From contig NC_091282.1 in assembly GCF_032444005.1 (NCBI RefSeq), positions 55,242,001-55,306,000 of the forward strand: a DNA stretch of 64,000 nucleotides. The letters run 5' to 3'. Source of the DNA: Ranitomeya imitator (lineage: Eukaryota). Shown in pieces: positions 13,501 to 25,600 of the stretch (within the stretch, counting starts at the first letter, position 1; every line of letters begins with the position of its first letter). The notes under the pieces are model-generated. The model made no database searches, had not been told where the DNA came from, and saw nothing but the letters and a program-made list of their open reading frames with translations. The position numbers and the translations under genes were made by a program.

Positions 13501-14576
13501 TATCGATGATGTGACTGAAGAGAGAAGCAGCCGGGTTACTCCTGTGTGTTCAGGGTGATACTTTCTTCGCAGATTCAACCAAATTCAGCAGGTTGATTGG
13601 ACGACGCTTCACACGACAGAAGGACAATGACCCCAAAAATACGGAGAAGGCAAAGAACTGGAATATTCTGCAATGGCTGAGTGATCACCAGATCTCAGTC
13701 CCATCGGGCAGCATTTCACATGACTAAGACAAAACCTGAGACAGAAAGACCCACAAACAACAACGGAAGTCGGCAGTAGTGAAGGCGGCAAAGCCTCAGA
13801 AAGGAGGAAACCAGCGATGGTGACGTCCATGGCTTCCAGACTTCAGGCCGTCATTGCCGGAAATGAGGAGCCTTTGTAGAAAAATGGTCGCTATTCCTAA
13901 ATGTTTCACAGGATATTTTAGTTTTGTTCAACCTCTTTAATTAAACCTGAAAGTCCCCACTCCAATTACATCTCACGTGTTCCATTTTAAATCAGAAATA
14001 GCGACCTTCAGAGCTGAAATCGCGAAGCTTCAACCACTGTCCAAATATTTATGGACCTACCTGTAGAGCACAACACACCGATTACACAGTAACTTGTACA
14101 GAGCTCAGTGGCTGTTTTTTTCTTGTCCACAAGTCTTGACCCAACCACGACTGGTTACCAATCTAATGACGAGTAAATATTCGTGTGAATTACCGTTATC
14201 CACAAATCGGGTCTTTCCTCTGGTTCATTTGTAACTTTCCTGATGAAGGGGCCTCTGTGCTCGACATCTTCTAAACCCTAAGTTTTCGGATTAGCTAATA
14301 AAGGTGTCACTCCTACCATACTTGTGTCTGTTTTTTACTGTTTAATTTCCATTTACAGAAATTCTCAGCTTGTTGCGCCATCTTGTGTTCTGTTGATAAA
14401 TTACCACTTTTTTTTTTTTAAAGTAATTTTATGACGGTGCACATGCTTAAACCAGTTTTGGAGTGGTGCTATTAAATTAACATACGTGCAGTCTTCATCT
14501 CTTCCCCGCACCCCTCCAGTCCCGTGGTGCTGTTTAGGGACCACAGCTTCTGACTGACCAGAAATCAAAAGTAAGG

Positions 14577-15659
14577 CCTGCTTCACACATCCGTTTTTTA
14601 ACGACCACAAATACAGACACACGCACACCCATTGTATTCAATAGAGGTGAGCACATGTCAGTTTTTTCCTTGCGCAACATGAACAAAATGCGTGCCGCAC
14701 ATGTGCATACTGATGACTTCCGTGTGTCATCAGCGTAACATGTACCTGCACCTGGTACAAAGCGGTACAGTTCACGCTGATCCCAGGCGCCGGCTGCTGA
14801 AGGAAACTCTCACCATTGTCATTGGGCTCCCTGAGATCAGCGCGGCCAGGCGATAATGATGAGAGTTGTATTCAGCACCCGCTGTGTACAGTAAAGAATT
14901 AAATTTAAAAAATGGCGTGGGCTCCAGCGTAATTTTCATAACCAGCAGAGCGAAAGCTCATGGCTGGGGAGCTGATAATTATAATCTGGGAAATAGCACA
15001 ATATTCCAAAAGGTTCCCAGGCAATTAGTAACAGCTCACAGCTGTTTGCTTAGCCTTTAGGGGTGAATTTACAAGGGACCCCAGAAAAAAAAATGACGTA
15101 GGGTCCACCTATATCTTTAAACCAGTAAAGGCTAAACAGACAGCTGTGGGTTGATATTAATAGCCAGGTACCAGAAATATTGTTTCCCCAGGCTATCAAC
15201 ATCAGCCTTCAGCCGCCCCAGATATGGCGCATCCATAAGATGCACCAAATCTTGCTCTTAGCCTTGCTCTTCCCACTTGCCATATGGCTGTAGTAAGTGG
15301 GGTTAATATTTGTGGGGTTGATGTCACCTTTGTATTGTCTGGTGACATCAAGCTCACAGCTTAGTAATGGAGAGGCGTCTATAAGACGCATATCCATTAC
15401 TAATCCTATAGTTATATTGTAAATTAACACACAGGCAGAATAAAGTCCTTTATTAGAAATAAAAAAAACACACTTTTACTTTTTTATTTACAAATAACAA
15501 ACAGTTATACTGACCTAACGCCGATTCTGTTGAAGCCATCGTCTCTTGTAAAAAAAACAAAAATGAAAAACAACCATATCTCTCACCTAACTACTGGTGA
15601 ATGAGATGCTGCGAACACAGCATCATTGACTAGCAGTGATGTCATTGAGGTTACCACCG

Positions 15660-15660
<1 letters not shown>
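14577..15660. mobile_element. Truncated Harbinger-like non-autonomous element ending at a (TA)n run
   Basis: TAA|GGCCTGCTTCACAC left end; the internal block AAAAATGGCGTGGGCTCC..ATAACCAGCAGAG..AAAGC is shared with 22800-23020. Confidence 0.5.
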
Positions 15661-15699
<39 letters not shown>

Positions 15700-15906
15700 T
15701 ACACGCAAAATAAATGTACATTTTTATTTTTTTTTTATATATATAGAATTTTTTTTTTTCCAAAAACCCAGCATGAAGCCTACTAAAATTATTTTTGACT
15801 CTTTTGACGACAAGAGCAAAATCAGATTTCTTTTTGTCTCAAGATTTTTTTTGTACAATTTTTAATTTGCATCTTGAATTGTCTTGGATTGTTAAACATT
15901 AAGTTC

Positions 15907-16359
15907 GACAAAAGGCAGGGAGCCAGCACACCGAGGAAATGCAGGAAGCACGGATCTCCGTCCTGACGTGACGTGAAGAATATCCAAGAAAACGAAAAGA
16001 TGATCCAGCTTCCAAATAAAATATAAAAGTTTAATCCAACATATTAAAATAAGGAGACAACTCCTGGGACGGCATCATACACATAGTAAGGCGAGCGACG
16101 CGTTTCGACCAAGCGGTCTTTATCACAGCTGATCTGCTAAATGACATATCCGGTATATATACAATATAGCACCAATCAAATGCTAGAAAAATGACATTTT
16201 TCTAGCATTTGATTGGTGCTATATTGTATATATACCGGATATGTCATTTAGCAGATCAGCTGTGATAAAGACCGCTTGGTCGAAACGCGTCGCTCGCCTT
16301 ACTATGTGTATGATGCCGTCCCAGGAGTTGTCTCCTTATTTTAATATGTTGGATTAAAC
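15907..16359. mobile_element. Penelope-like (PLE) insertion with an inverted terminal-repeat pair forming a 331-bp perfect palindrome
   Basis: 14-bp direct repeat TAAACATTAAGTTC at 15893-15906 and 16355-16368; palindrome 16029-16359 centred on 16194; each arm carries the motif GACC-GCTT-GGTC-GAAACGCGTC. Confidence 0.6.
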
Positions 16360-16436
16360 ATTAAGTTCACTTGGAAAAAAAACTTTTCACGTGTCAGAAG
16401 TTTTGATCAGAAAGATTTCAAGGGCTGAGACCTCCA

Positions 16437-16478
16437 CCAATTACAAAACAAAGCGGCAGGAGAGGCATTCAATTTAAT
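16437..16478 (-). terminator. Candidate CFAP53 polyadenylation signal (ATTAAA) with downstream U/GU-rich element
   Basis: Plus-strand TTTAAT at 16473-16478 is ATTAAA on the minus strand, about 130 nt past the stop, followed by minus-strand TTTGTTTTGT (16443-16452). A canonical AATAAA lies further away, at 15723-15728. Confidence 0.4.
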
Positions 16479-16608
16479 TTTTCCGCACCTTCGTTTCAGC
16501 GATCGGAGGGTGGGGTCTCACCCCGTTGAGCAAAACTTCTAATATGCTAAACTTTTTTTTTTCTTTACCTATAGCATCCTAATAAGTGTGTGGGGGCACT
16601 GAGTGGGG

Positions 16609-16849
16609 TCACTGTGCTAACCAGTCTTTGGGGCTGGAGATGCGCGTCCTCCTCAGGGGATGGACATGTTCCTGCCGGATATACGGCCTGGAGAGGATAT
16701 CCCGCAGCTTCTGCTGGTATGACTTCTCGGCTTGTAATCCGGCTTCGTATTCCCGCCGTTCCTCATCTTTTTCAGCCCCCCGCTGTAGCTGTTGATAAGC
16801 CACCTGAGACAGAAGATGCTGCTGATACTGTTTGGCGGTCTTCAGTTGC
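16609..16849 (-). CDS. CFAP53: CFAP53 exon 8, coding part (QLKTAKQYQQHLLSQVAYQQ...HVHPLRRTRISSPKDWLAQ*)
   Basis: TTTCTCTACAG| acceptor; ORF 16609..16803(-) ends in TGA. Confidence 0.94.
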
Positions 16850-19800
16850 CTGTAGAGAAAGTTACAAAGTTCATCCGTTTTTCTTGCACGTAAAAAAAAT
16901 CTAAATAAAAGTTATTATTTAATAAAAAATGAATTGGATAGAGGCCTATTTACTTGAACGGGGGAGTTTAGTCTACAAATCAGCCCAGAGGATGTCTCTC
17001 TTCTTTTCCTTTTTTCATACGGACATAGATCCGCAAAAAAAACCAGAAAGATATCGTAATGGATCCATAAAATGAAATGTGTTTTCCCACAGCTTGTATC
17101 TTGGGGTAAAAATAATTTTTGCAATTGGGTTTCATTAAAAAAATGCACTGCTTGCCTTCAATAGCCTATGTTTTGCTCTAGTTCTGGCTGCAGAATGAGG
17201 TAACTGAGAATCTGTCAGTGAGACTTATCACCACATGAAAGTTCAGCTCAACTATGATCATAAATCAGTTAAGAAGAGTTCTGAAAAAAAGACAGATGCA
17301 AGAGTTCTAAACGGAAGGATCCTAAGGTAACTCGATCAGTAGCCAGCAATGTGTAGGAAAAGATAAGAGCCTGTAAGTGCCAAATATTTTGATTAAAAAC
17401 CACCTCTTATTCATTCTCGTCTGGACTATTGTAACTCTCTACTAATCGGCCTCCCTCTTACCAAACTCTCCCCGCTCCAATCTGTCCAATGCTGCTGCCA
17501 GGATCATATTCCTCACCAGTCGTTACACCGATGCCTCTACCTTGTGCCAGTCATTACACTGGCTACCCATCCACTCCAGAATCCAGGACAAACTTATCAT
17601 TCTCACCCACAAAGCACTCCATGGTTCAGCACCCCCATAGTCTGAGACCTAAGATCAGGGCCGCCATCAGGGCATGACGGCCGTGACTGGCGTATGGGGC
17701 CCGGTGGGCAGAGGGGGCCCGTCTCATCTGCTCACCGGGCCCCTACCGGCAGCCGCAGGCTAACCGGGCCCTTAGCGCCGACGCTGCAGCTGTTTAAAGC
17801 TACGCCCGCACGTCAATAGTTAACAGCCGCCAGCCAATCTGAGGCTGGCAGCTGACGTCAGCCGCAGCGTGCGTGCATGTCGCCGGCGTCTGACATCATT
17901 GTCAGTCGCCGGCGAGTGCACGCTGCAGCTGCGTGGAGACAGAGAACTTCGCCCGCCGCAGGAGCACGGCCAGGTAAGAAGAACTTTTTTTTTTCCTTGA
18001 GAGCGGCGATCCAGGGGGCCCAGGGAAGAACGCTGGACACAGATGGGGCAGAGTGCTGGACACAGATGGGGCAGAGTGCTGGACACAGATGGGGCAGAGT
18101 GCTGGACACAGATGGGGCAGAGTGCTGGACACAGATGAGGCAGGATTGGAAACAGATGGGGCAGAGTGCTGGACACAGATGGGGCAGGATTGGAAACAGA
18201 TGGGGCAGAGTGCTGGACACAGATGAGGCAGTTTTGGAAACAGATGGGGCAGAGTGCTGGACACAGATGGGGCAGAGTGCTGGACACAGATGGGGCAGAG
18301 TGCTGGACACAGATGGGGCAGAGTGCTGGAAACAGATGGGGCAGAGTGCTGGAAACAGATGGGGCAGAGTGCTGGACACAGATGGGGCAGAGTGCTGGAC
18401 ACAGATGGGGCAGAGTGCTGGACACAGATGGGGCAGAGTGCTGGACACAGATGAGGCAGGATTGGAAACAGATGGGGCATAGTGCTGGACACAGATGGGG
18501 CAGGATTGGAAACAGATGGGGCAGAGTGCTGGACACAGATGAGGCAGGATTGGAAACAGATGGGGCAGAGTGCTGGACACAGATGGGGCAGAGTGCTGGA
18601 CACAGATGGGGCAGAGTGCTGGACACAGATGGGGCAGAGTGCTGGACACAGATGGGGCAGAGTGCTGGACACAGATGGGGCAGAGTGCTGGACACAGATG
18701 GGGCAGAGTGCTGGACACAGATGGGGCAGGATTGGAAACAGATGGGGCAGAGTGCTGGACACAGATGGGCAGGATTGGACACAGATGGGGCAGAGTGCTG
18801 GACACGGATGGGGCAGAGTGCTGGACACAGATGGGGCAGAGTGCTGGACACAGATGGGGCAGAGTTCTGGACACAGATGGGGCAGAGTGCTGGACACAGA
18901 TGGGGCAGGATTGGAAACAGATGGGGCAGAGTGCTGGAAACAGATGGGGCAGAGTGCTGGAAACAGATGGGGCAGAGTGCTGGAAACAGATGGGGCAGAG
19001 TGCTGGACACAGATGGGGCAGAGTGCTGGACACAGATGGGGCAGGATTGGACACAGATGGGGCAGAGTGCTGGACACAGAGGGGGCAGGATTGGAAACAG
19101 ATGGGGCAGAGTGCTGGACACAGATGGGGCAGGATTGGAAACAGATGGGGCAGAGTGCTGGACACAGATTGGGCAGAGTGCTGGACACAGAAGGGGCAGG
19201 ATTGGAAACAGATGGGGCAGGATTGGAAACAGATGGGGCAGGATTGGAAACAGATGGGGCAGGATTGGAAACAGATGGGGCAGGATGGATACGATGGAGA
19301 CAGATGGGGCAGGATGGGGAGATCATATGGGGCAGAATGGATACTCATGAGGGCAGGATGGGAGAACATATAGCTGCAGCCTGGAATGAGACACACGGGG
19401 ATGGCGAATATTACCATAGGGGCTAATTAAGGGATATTATTATTGCAGTGATGTATTTATTTTATTTTTTGAGTATACTGTTTTAAATGGGGGGGCGGTC
19501 CTGTTACTGTGTAGAGTGATACTATGTTGCCTTCTTCATGTGGTGTAATGTAGAGACTGGGAAAATTAAGTAATGTGTTCTACAAGCGGAACTCGAGATA
19601 ACTGTGTTATTTCCTGCAGAGACGAGTACTGGCTGGATGAAGTGATGGCGGTCTGTGCTGGATGAAAGATGAAGGACTTCACCTAGAGACGTCACTGGTG
19701 AGTCAGTGTTACCTATACACTGACACTATACACTGTATACTATATACAGAGCTCCTGTGTATAATGTCACCGGTGATCATTGTATTACCTATACATTATA

Positions 19801-22543
19801 TACAGAGCTCCTGTGTATAATGTCACCGGTGATCACTGTATTACCTCTACACAGACACTGCTTACTAATTACAGATCTCCTGTGTATAATGGCACTGATG
19901 GTGATAGTATTGTGGGTTTTTTTTATTACTGATCAGTATTGTAGTCTTCAGTCATTGGTGGTAATATGCGGTCTGGCCATGGTGTAGCGGTATTTGTTCC
20001 TTGTATTTTATATTGTTCGATCACTGTGGTGGTAATATGTCATCTGGTCATAGTGCTGTGGTATTTGTTCCTTGTATGTAGTATTATAGGTCATTTTAAA
20101 AATTGAAAAATAAATAAAAATATACCTACATTGTATTGCATATTTTAACAAATATTTAGTAGGTTAGAGTAGAGTAGGGCCCGGCCAAAAGTGTCTACTG
20201 TGTTATGGTGGCGGCTTAAAAAATCTTTTGGCCAAAACAAAAGCTGCCGGCTATATGTGTGATCTGGTGATGGGAACTGTTAATGTGTGATAGGTGAGAA
20301 GTGGAGATTTTCCAAGAGAGAGCGGTGGGACTGTGGACAGTTCGGGGGGTGGAGCCTGGAGGCGGGGCTGGGGTGGAGCCTGGGCGGAGTTTCAAGGGGG
20401 CCCCGAAAATTTTGCCAGTATGGGGCCCCAAAATTTCTAGTGGCAGCCCTGCCTAAGATTAACATCCTCAATAATCCAAACCTCCCACTCCCGTCTCCAA
20501 GACATCTCATGGGCTGCACCAATTCTTTGGAGTGCACTACCCATGATAATCCGATCAATCCCTAATACCCACAGTTTTAAGCGTGCCCTAAAAACTCATT
20601 TCTTCAGACAGACCTACCGCCTCACCTCACTTATCTAACTATCCCTGTGTGGCCCATTCAAAATGTTCTTCATAACCAGGTTCCTTGTATCATGCCTCAC
20701 ATGCTTTATGCATTTAATAGCCCTGTGTCTGTACTTTGTCACATTGTGGTTGGTAAACGGTTCATGCAGCATTATCTGAACACCCGATCCTTACACTACG
20801 GCTGGTCCGAACAACGAAAGCCATTGTTACCATCCACCTCTCGTGTCTCCCCTTTTCCTCATAGATTGTAAGCTTGCGAGCAGGGCCCTCACTCCTCTCG
20901 GTATCTGTGTTGATCTGTGTTTATTGTTATGCTGTAATGCCTATTGTCTGTACAAATCCCCTCTATAATGTAAAGTGCTGTGGAATATGTTGGGGCTATA
21001 TAAATAAAATTATTATTATTATTATTATTATTAAAATACATGCAAGTAACAAAAATTATTGCCAAAAGTGACCATATCCTTTAAATCTTGATGGTTTATC
21101 CTATGGGTAGCTGCAGTACCTGGCACATCCACCAATGTAGGTGTGGAGCTGTGCATGGGTGAACAGTAGAATGAATGAAAATTATTTGCAGGACTCTCGT
21201 CTAGCAGACATGTCGATAGTCCGTATCTGCTGGACCACCTTCTCCCTCCTGCCGGTATTCCCGCTGCTACTTCTGACCATTAGGCCAGGCGCAATGCGTC
21301 GGGCAGCAACAATGACATTGCACCAGACTTTGTCATCAGAAGAGGTGCCAGTGATGCTGGTAGGTAGGAGAAAGTCCACAGGGCTCTGGTCCGGCAGCCA
21401 CGGACTAGTGACATGACCGCTGGACCAGGGTCAGTGAAGAGGACACGACACCTACAATCAGCCGATTGCCAGATGTAGGATGCCCAGCTGCAGTATAAAG
21501 CATGGGGAAGAAGAGAGGCAGCCTCAAGAAATGGAGCCGTACATATTTCACTGTCACATGCCTTACCTGCCATTTCTTTCCAATTCGAGCTGTTTGTGTT
21601 CTGCAATCGCATTTTCCAGAAGTTCTTTATCATGCGCCAGTTCTTCCTGTTCCTCGGCATTTCTCTCCACTAGAAAAAACAGAAGCGTAGAATAATAGCT
21701 CAGTGTACCGCGGGGTTTCATAACATCCCAACAACAACGGTTCAGGAAGCACAAAGCCGCAGTCAGTTGGCATCCAAATAAAACAGCAGACGAGGTAGAC
21801 GTCCTCCGATGTCCCCACCGCAGCGAGACCACCGCACAACGCAGCACCGCACAACGCAAATGTGAACCATGGCAAGGTGATCTTTTTTTGATGGGTCCTA
21901 CTCTACCATACATGCCACTTTTGGGCCACCAGCCTACAACTAAGGACAAACATGTCACTCTGGGCTAAACCTACAATTTATAGGCAGGTAGAGTTGGTAA
22001 CCACCACCTGCAATGCAGTTAACATCCAATAACTAAATAGAGGAAAAAAGGAGTGCTGGTTGTTTTTTTTTCCTCTATTTAGTTAATAGATGTTGACTGC
22101 ATCCAGACTGATCTTGCACTCCTCCCATTGACCTTACCGCCACCTGCAATCAACTCTACCTGCCTATAAATTGTAGGTTTAGCCAAGAGTGACATGCTTT
22201 GTCCAGAGTTGTAGGCCGGTGGCCCAAAAGTGGCATTTATATGGTAGAGTAGGACCCATCAGAAGGAGATCACCTTGCCGTGGTTGATGGGCACACATGA
22301 ATTGGCCAATTTATGCGCTAAGAATCTTCATTCCATCTATTACTGTAAATTTTATGAAAAAAATATTTTTTTTAAAAAAATTTGTGAAAAAAATATTTTT
22401 GAGAAGTATAATTCATATTGAATATTTGTCTGTGTTTTCACATGGCCTAGATTCATGTACATGTGCTGCTGTTCTTTTTTATCTATATGATGTGGTTTGC
22501 AGCTTGCACGTGTTCACATTAGGAGTGCTGGTTGTTTTTTTCC

Positions 22544-22612
<69 letters not shown>

Positions 22613-25600
22613 AAAGCCGGCAATTCAGCAGCCACGTACAGTAGAATCACAGCAGGAGCCGACAGGATAGAAGAGATGGATTACATACAGTAAATACATA
22701 TAGAAGAGGTAGATATATAGATGTCAGTGACAAATACAATTAGTACAGTGTGTGTGCAAATTACCGGACATGTATTTAATTATTATAAGATTATTTTTCT
22801 GAAAAAAATGGTGTGGGCTCACATGTAATTTTCTTAACCAGCAGAGGGAAAGCCGACGGCTGGGAGCTGATGTCTATAGCCTGGGAAGGGGGTAATACCT
22901 ATGGAGCTTCCCAGTCTATTAATATCAGCTCACAGCTGTATACTTAGCCTTTACTGGCTATTAAAATGGGGGAACGTCCCCCAAAAAGGACGTTGGGTAC
23001 CCCTATAATAACCAGCAGCTAGGCAGACTGCTGAAGTCTGTGATTTTCTGTCAACCACAAGCTTCAGCAGATCTGCTAATATCCTCGTGGAGCGGCCTCC
23101 GCTGCATACATAGGAGCGATGGAAAGTATGCCTAAAATAAGTGCTCGATTAACCTGTCATGATTCCAATGGCAGGGAATCACAAAAGGACAAGCACCAAC
23201 GAGCTCTAGGGTGATGGAACCTGAGCTGACCGCGACCCTAAACCTGAACACACAAATAACAATAGCCGGGGAACGTGCCTACGTTGATCCTAGACGTCTC
23301 GCACCAGCCGAAGATCTAACTTCCCCTATTAGAAGAAACACAGACCTCTCTTGCCTCCAGAGAAATACCCCACAGAAATAGCAGCCCCCCACATATAATG
23401 ACGGTGAAATGAGAGGAAGGCACATACACAGTATGAAAACAGATTCAGCAAAATGAGGCCCGCTAAAACTAGATAGCAGAGGATACAAAAGTAAACTGCG
23501 CGGTCAGCAAAAAACCCTTCAAAAAACCATCCTGTAATTACTTGAACTCATGTTCCAACTCATGGAACATGAGGAGCAATCACAGCCCACTAAAGCAACC
23601 AGCAGCAAAGAGACAATTATATGCAAGCTGGAAAAGACAAAAATAAAGCAAAACGTGGAACAAGAAAATCAAAACTTAGCTTGTCCTGAAAATTACTGAA
23701 GCCAGAAGCTGAGGTAACAAAACACTCTGATAACCTTGATAGCCGGCGGGGAAATGACAAGAAAGCCCGGTTAAATAGGAAACTCCCAAATCCTAATAGA
23801 ACAGGTGGACACCAGAGACAGCAGAACACAAATCACCCAATACCATCAGTAACCACCAGAGTGAGCCCAAAAACAGAACTCACATTAACCCCTTCAGTAC
23901 AGGAAGTTCAATATCTCCCACTTACTATAATGGTACATGCAAGACCACTAGTCCGCCATGTGCGGCCCCCGTAATGCTCTACACCAGATATCCCTTACAC
24001 TTCTCTTTAATCTGCTGCCTCCTTGTGTCCATCACGTCTTTCAGCAGGCGTTTCCTGGCCTCCTTCTCCAGTCTTAGCTGTTCTGCCCGCTTAGCCCAGG
24101 ATTTCTCCAGCTCGGCCTCAATCAGTTGATCCATTTCCTTTTCCTGTCTCTTCTCTTCCTCCAGCTGCTGTGCCAGGTACTGCCGGTACGTCTGCTGCTC
24201 TCTCTGAAGATCCATCTACAGCAAACATCAAGAGTCACGTTAAATGAGCAGCCCGTTAGTCCAGCACTTTATTCTCTGCTCAGCCCAATAATCCGTATTT
24301 CACATTTTCTTTAGTCCTCTACAAGCTAATTTGTTAAATGATTCAAATCTGACTTCCTGCGGCCACCACCAGGGGGAGCTGAGTAGCTTATAGCGAATGG
24401 ATTTCAGCTTTTCACCTTTTTCAATTCCTCTGCATGCTGTCAGGGAATAGAAAAAACTAATGCTTTACATAAGGAGGCTGAAAACTTGCCCTGAGCTGGT
24501 CCTATTCACACATCTGAGGATTTGTTACAATGTAGAAGTGTAAGCAATCCTCTGAGAGCTAAACACAGATGCAGCACCGCATGTCTGGACCTCAGGCCGG
24601 AAGAGTTTTCCCATCTTGTAAAGTGGCGGTGTATTGTCAGACCACCACCTCTTATACAGTAGTAGCGACATGCCATCACTTTATAAGATAGGAATACCCT
24701 TTTTATAGACTGATACACTGTAACAAACTCAGGCTGTGAGCAGGACTTGGTCTGCTGCTGTATTTCCAATGCCTGAAAATGGTAAATTAGGAACAAAGTT
24801 AATAAATGATCCTTACTGCCCAAAATCTTGGGGGCCATTTACCTTGCGCAGGCGTTTCTCCTCCGTATCATCGTTAGAGCCCTGCATAATCTGCTCCATG
24901 ATCTTCATGTCCTGCGCTAGCTCCTCCTGCTCTTCTTGGGCCAGGCGCTTCATCTTGAGGCGGACGGAGCGATCCAGCATATTCCTGACCTGCGACTGTT
25001 TCCGCTGCTTCTCCCGCAGAGCGCGCTCGTCCTCCAGCTTCATCAGTTTCCTCTCCTCCACCTGCGGGCGATATAACGGTGTTATCATTACCGGTTTCCA
25101 GCAGTACCGGACCCGGCGGAGGACGTCGTTACCAGTAGGTGAGCCTCCTCTTCTTTCAGCCTCTTCTCCTCCATCCTCTGATCCTCGGCCGCGGCCCTCT
25201 GGACTTGCAGGACATCTAACATTTCTCGGTTCAGCTCTGTCTGCCGCTGGGTCTTCTTCTCCTCGTGTTCTACCTTGGCCAATCGATCCTTCTCCCAGAG
25301 CTCGGCGAAGAGGATGTCCTCCTCCTTCCTCTGCCGCTCCAGTTCCTCCTTCAGTGCCAGCTGTGCCATCCTCTCCGTGCAAACCTCGTCCTGGTGCATC
25401 TTCGACTTCAGAGCTCGTAATTCCTCGCACTGCTCACTGAAAAGCAATAGTAAACAGCGGCTTTTATTAAGCAACTCTACTTTTTGTAAAAAAGTTACAT
25501 CTTTTGAAAAACGGCATAAAAATTGCATTAAAATAACGTGAATACATAAAATCACTCCAGTGAGGGGGGGGGGGGAAACGGAGCACATTTACGCCATATT

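Larger units (their letters stand above)
10414..14063 (+). mobile_element. Old Tc1-like element A, split by element B
   Basis: TA|CACTTAGGTCCAGAAAT..ATTTATGGACCTACCTG|TA ends; the transposase reading LVF|IDDVT is split at the TA at 11276-11277 / 13501-13502. Confidence 0.75.
17406..21032 (+). mobile_element. 5'-truncated L2-type LINE 3' fragment (17406-17655 and 20460-21032), split by a hAT insertion
   Basis: Close match to the L2 copy at 40310-41190 (SRLDYCNSLL..LHWLP); ends AATAAAA(TTA)n. Confidence 0.88.

Noticed and set aside
14240-14330. CTGATGA followed by AGGGG..CTCGACA and GCTAATAAAGG, a possible second hammerhead/PLE end
   Set aside because: The GAAA core is lost and no stems can be built; at best a dead relic.
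17820-19426. Cys/Pro-rich and Gly/Trp-rich long ORFs
   Set aside because: Translations of the 23/21-bp minisatellite inside a hAT element.
21130-21480. GC-balanced segment in intron 7 that might be a transposase fragment or an alternative exon
   Set aside because: No recognisable motif, continuous frame or splice pair I can support.
24736-25440. 234-aa plus-strand ORF
   Set aside because: Antisense shadow of CFAP53 exons 4-5.
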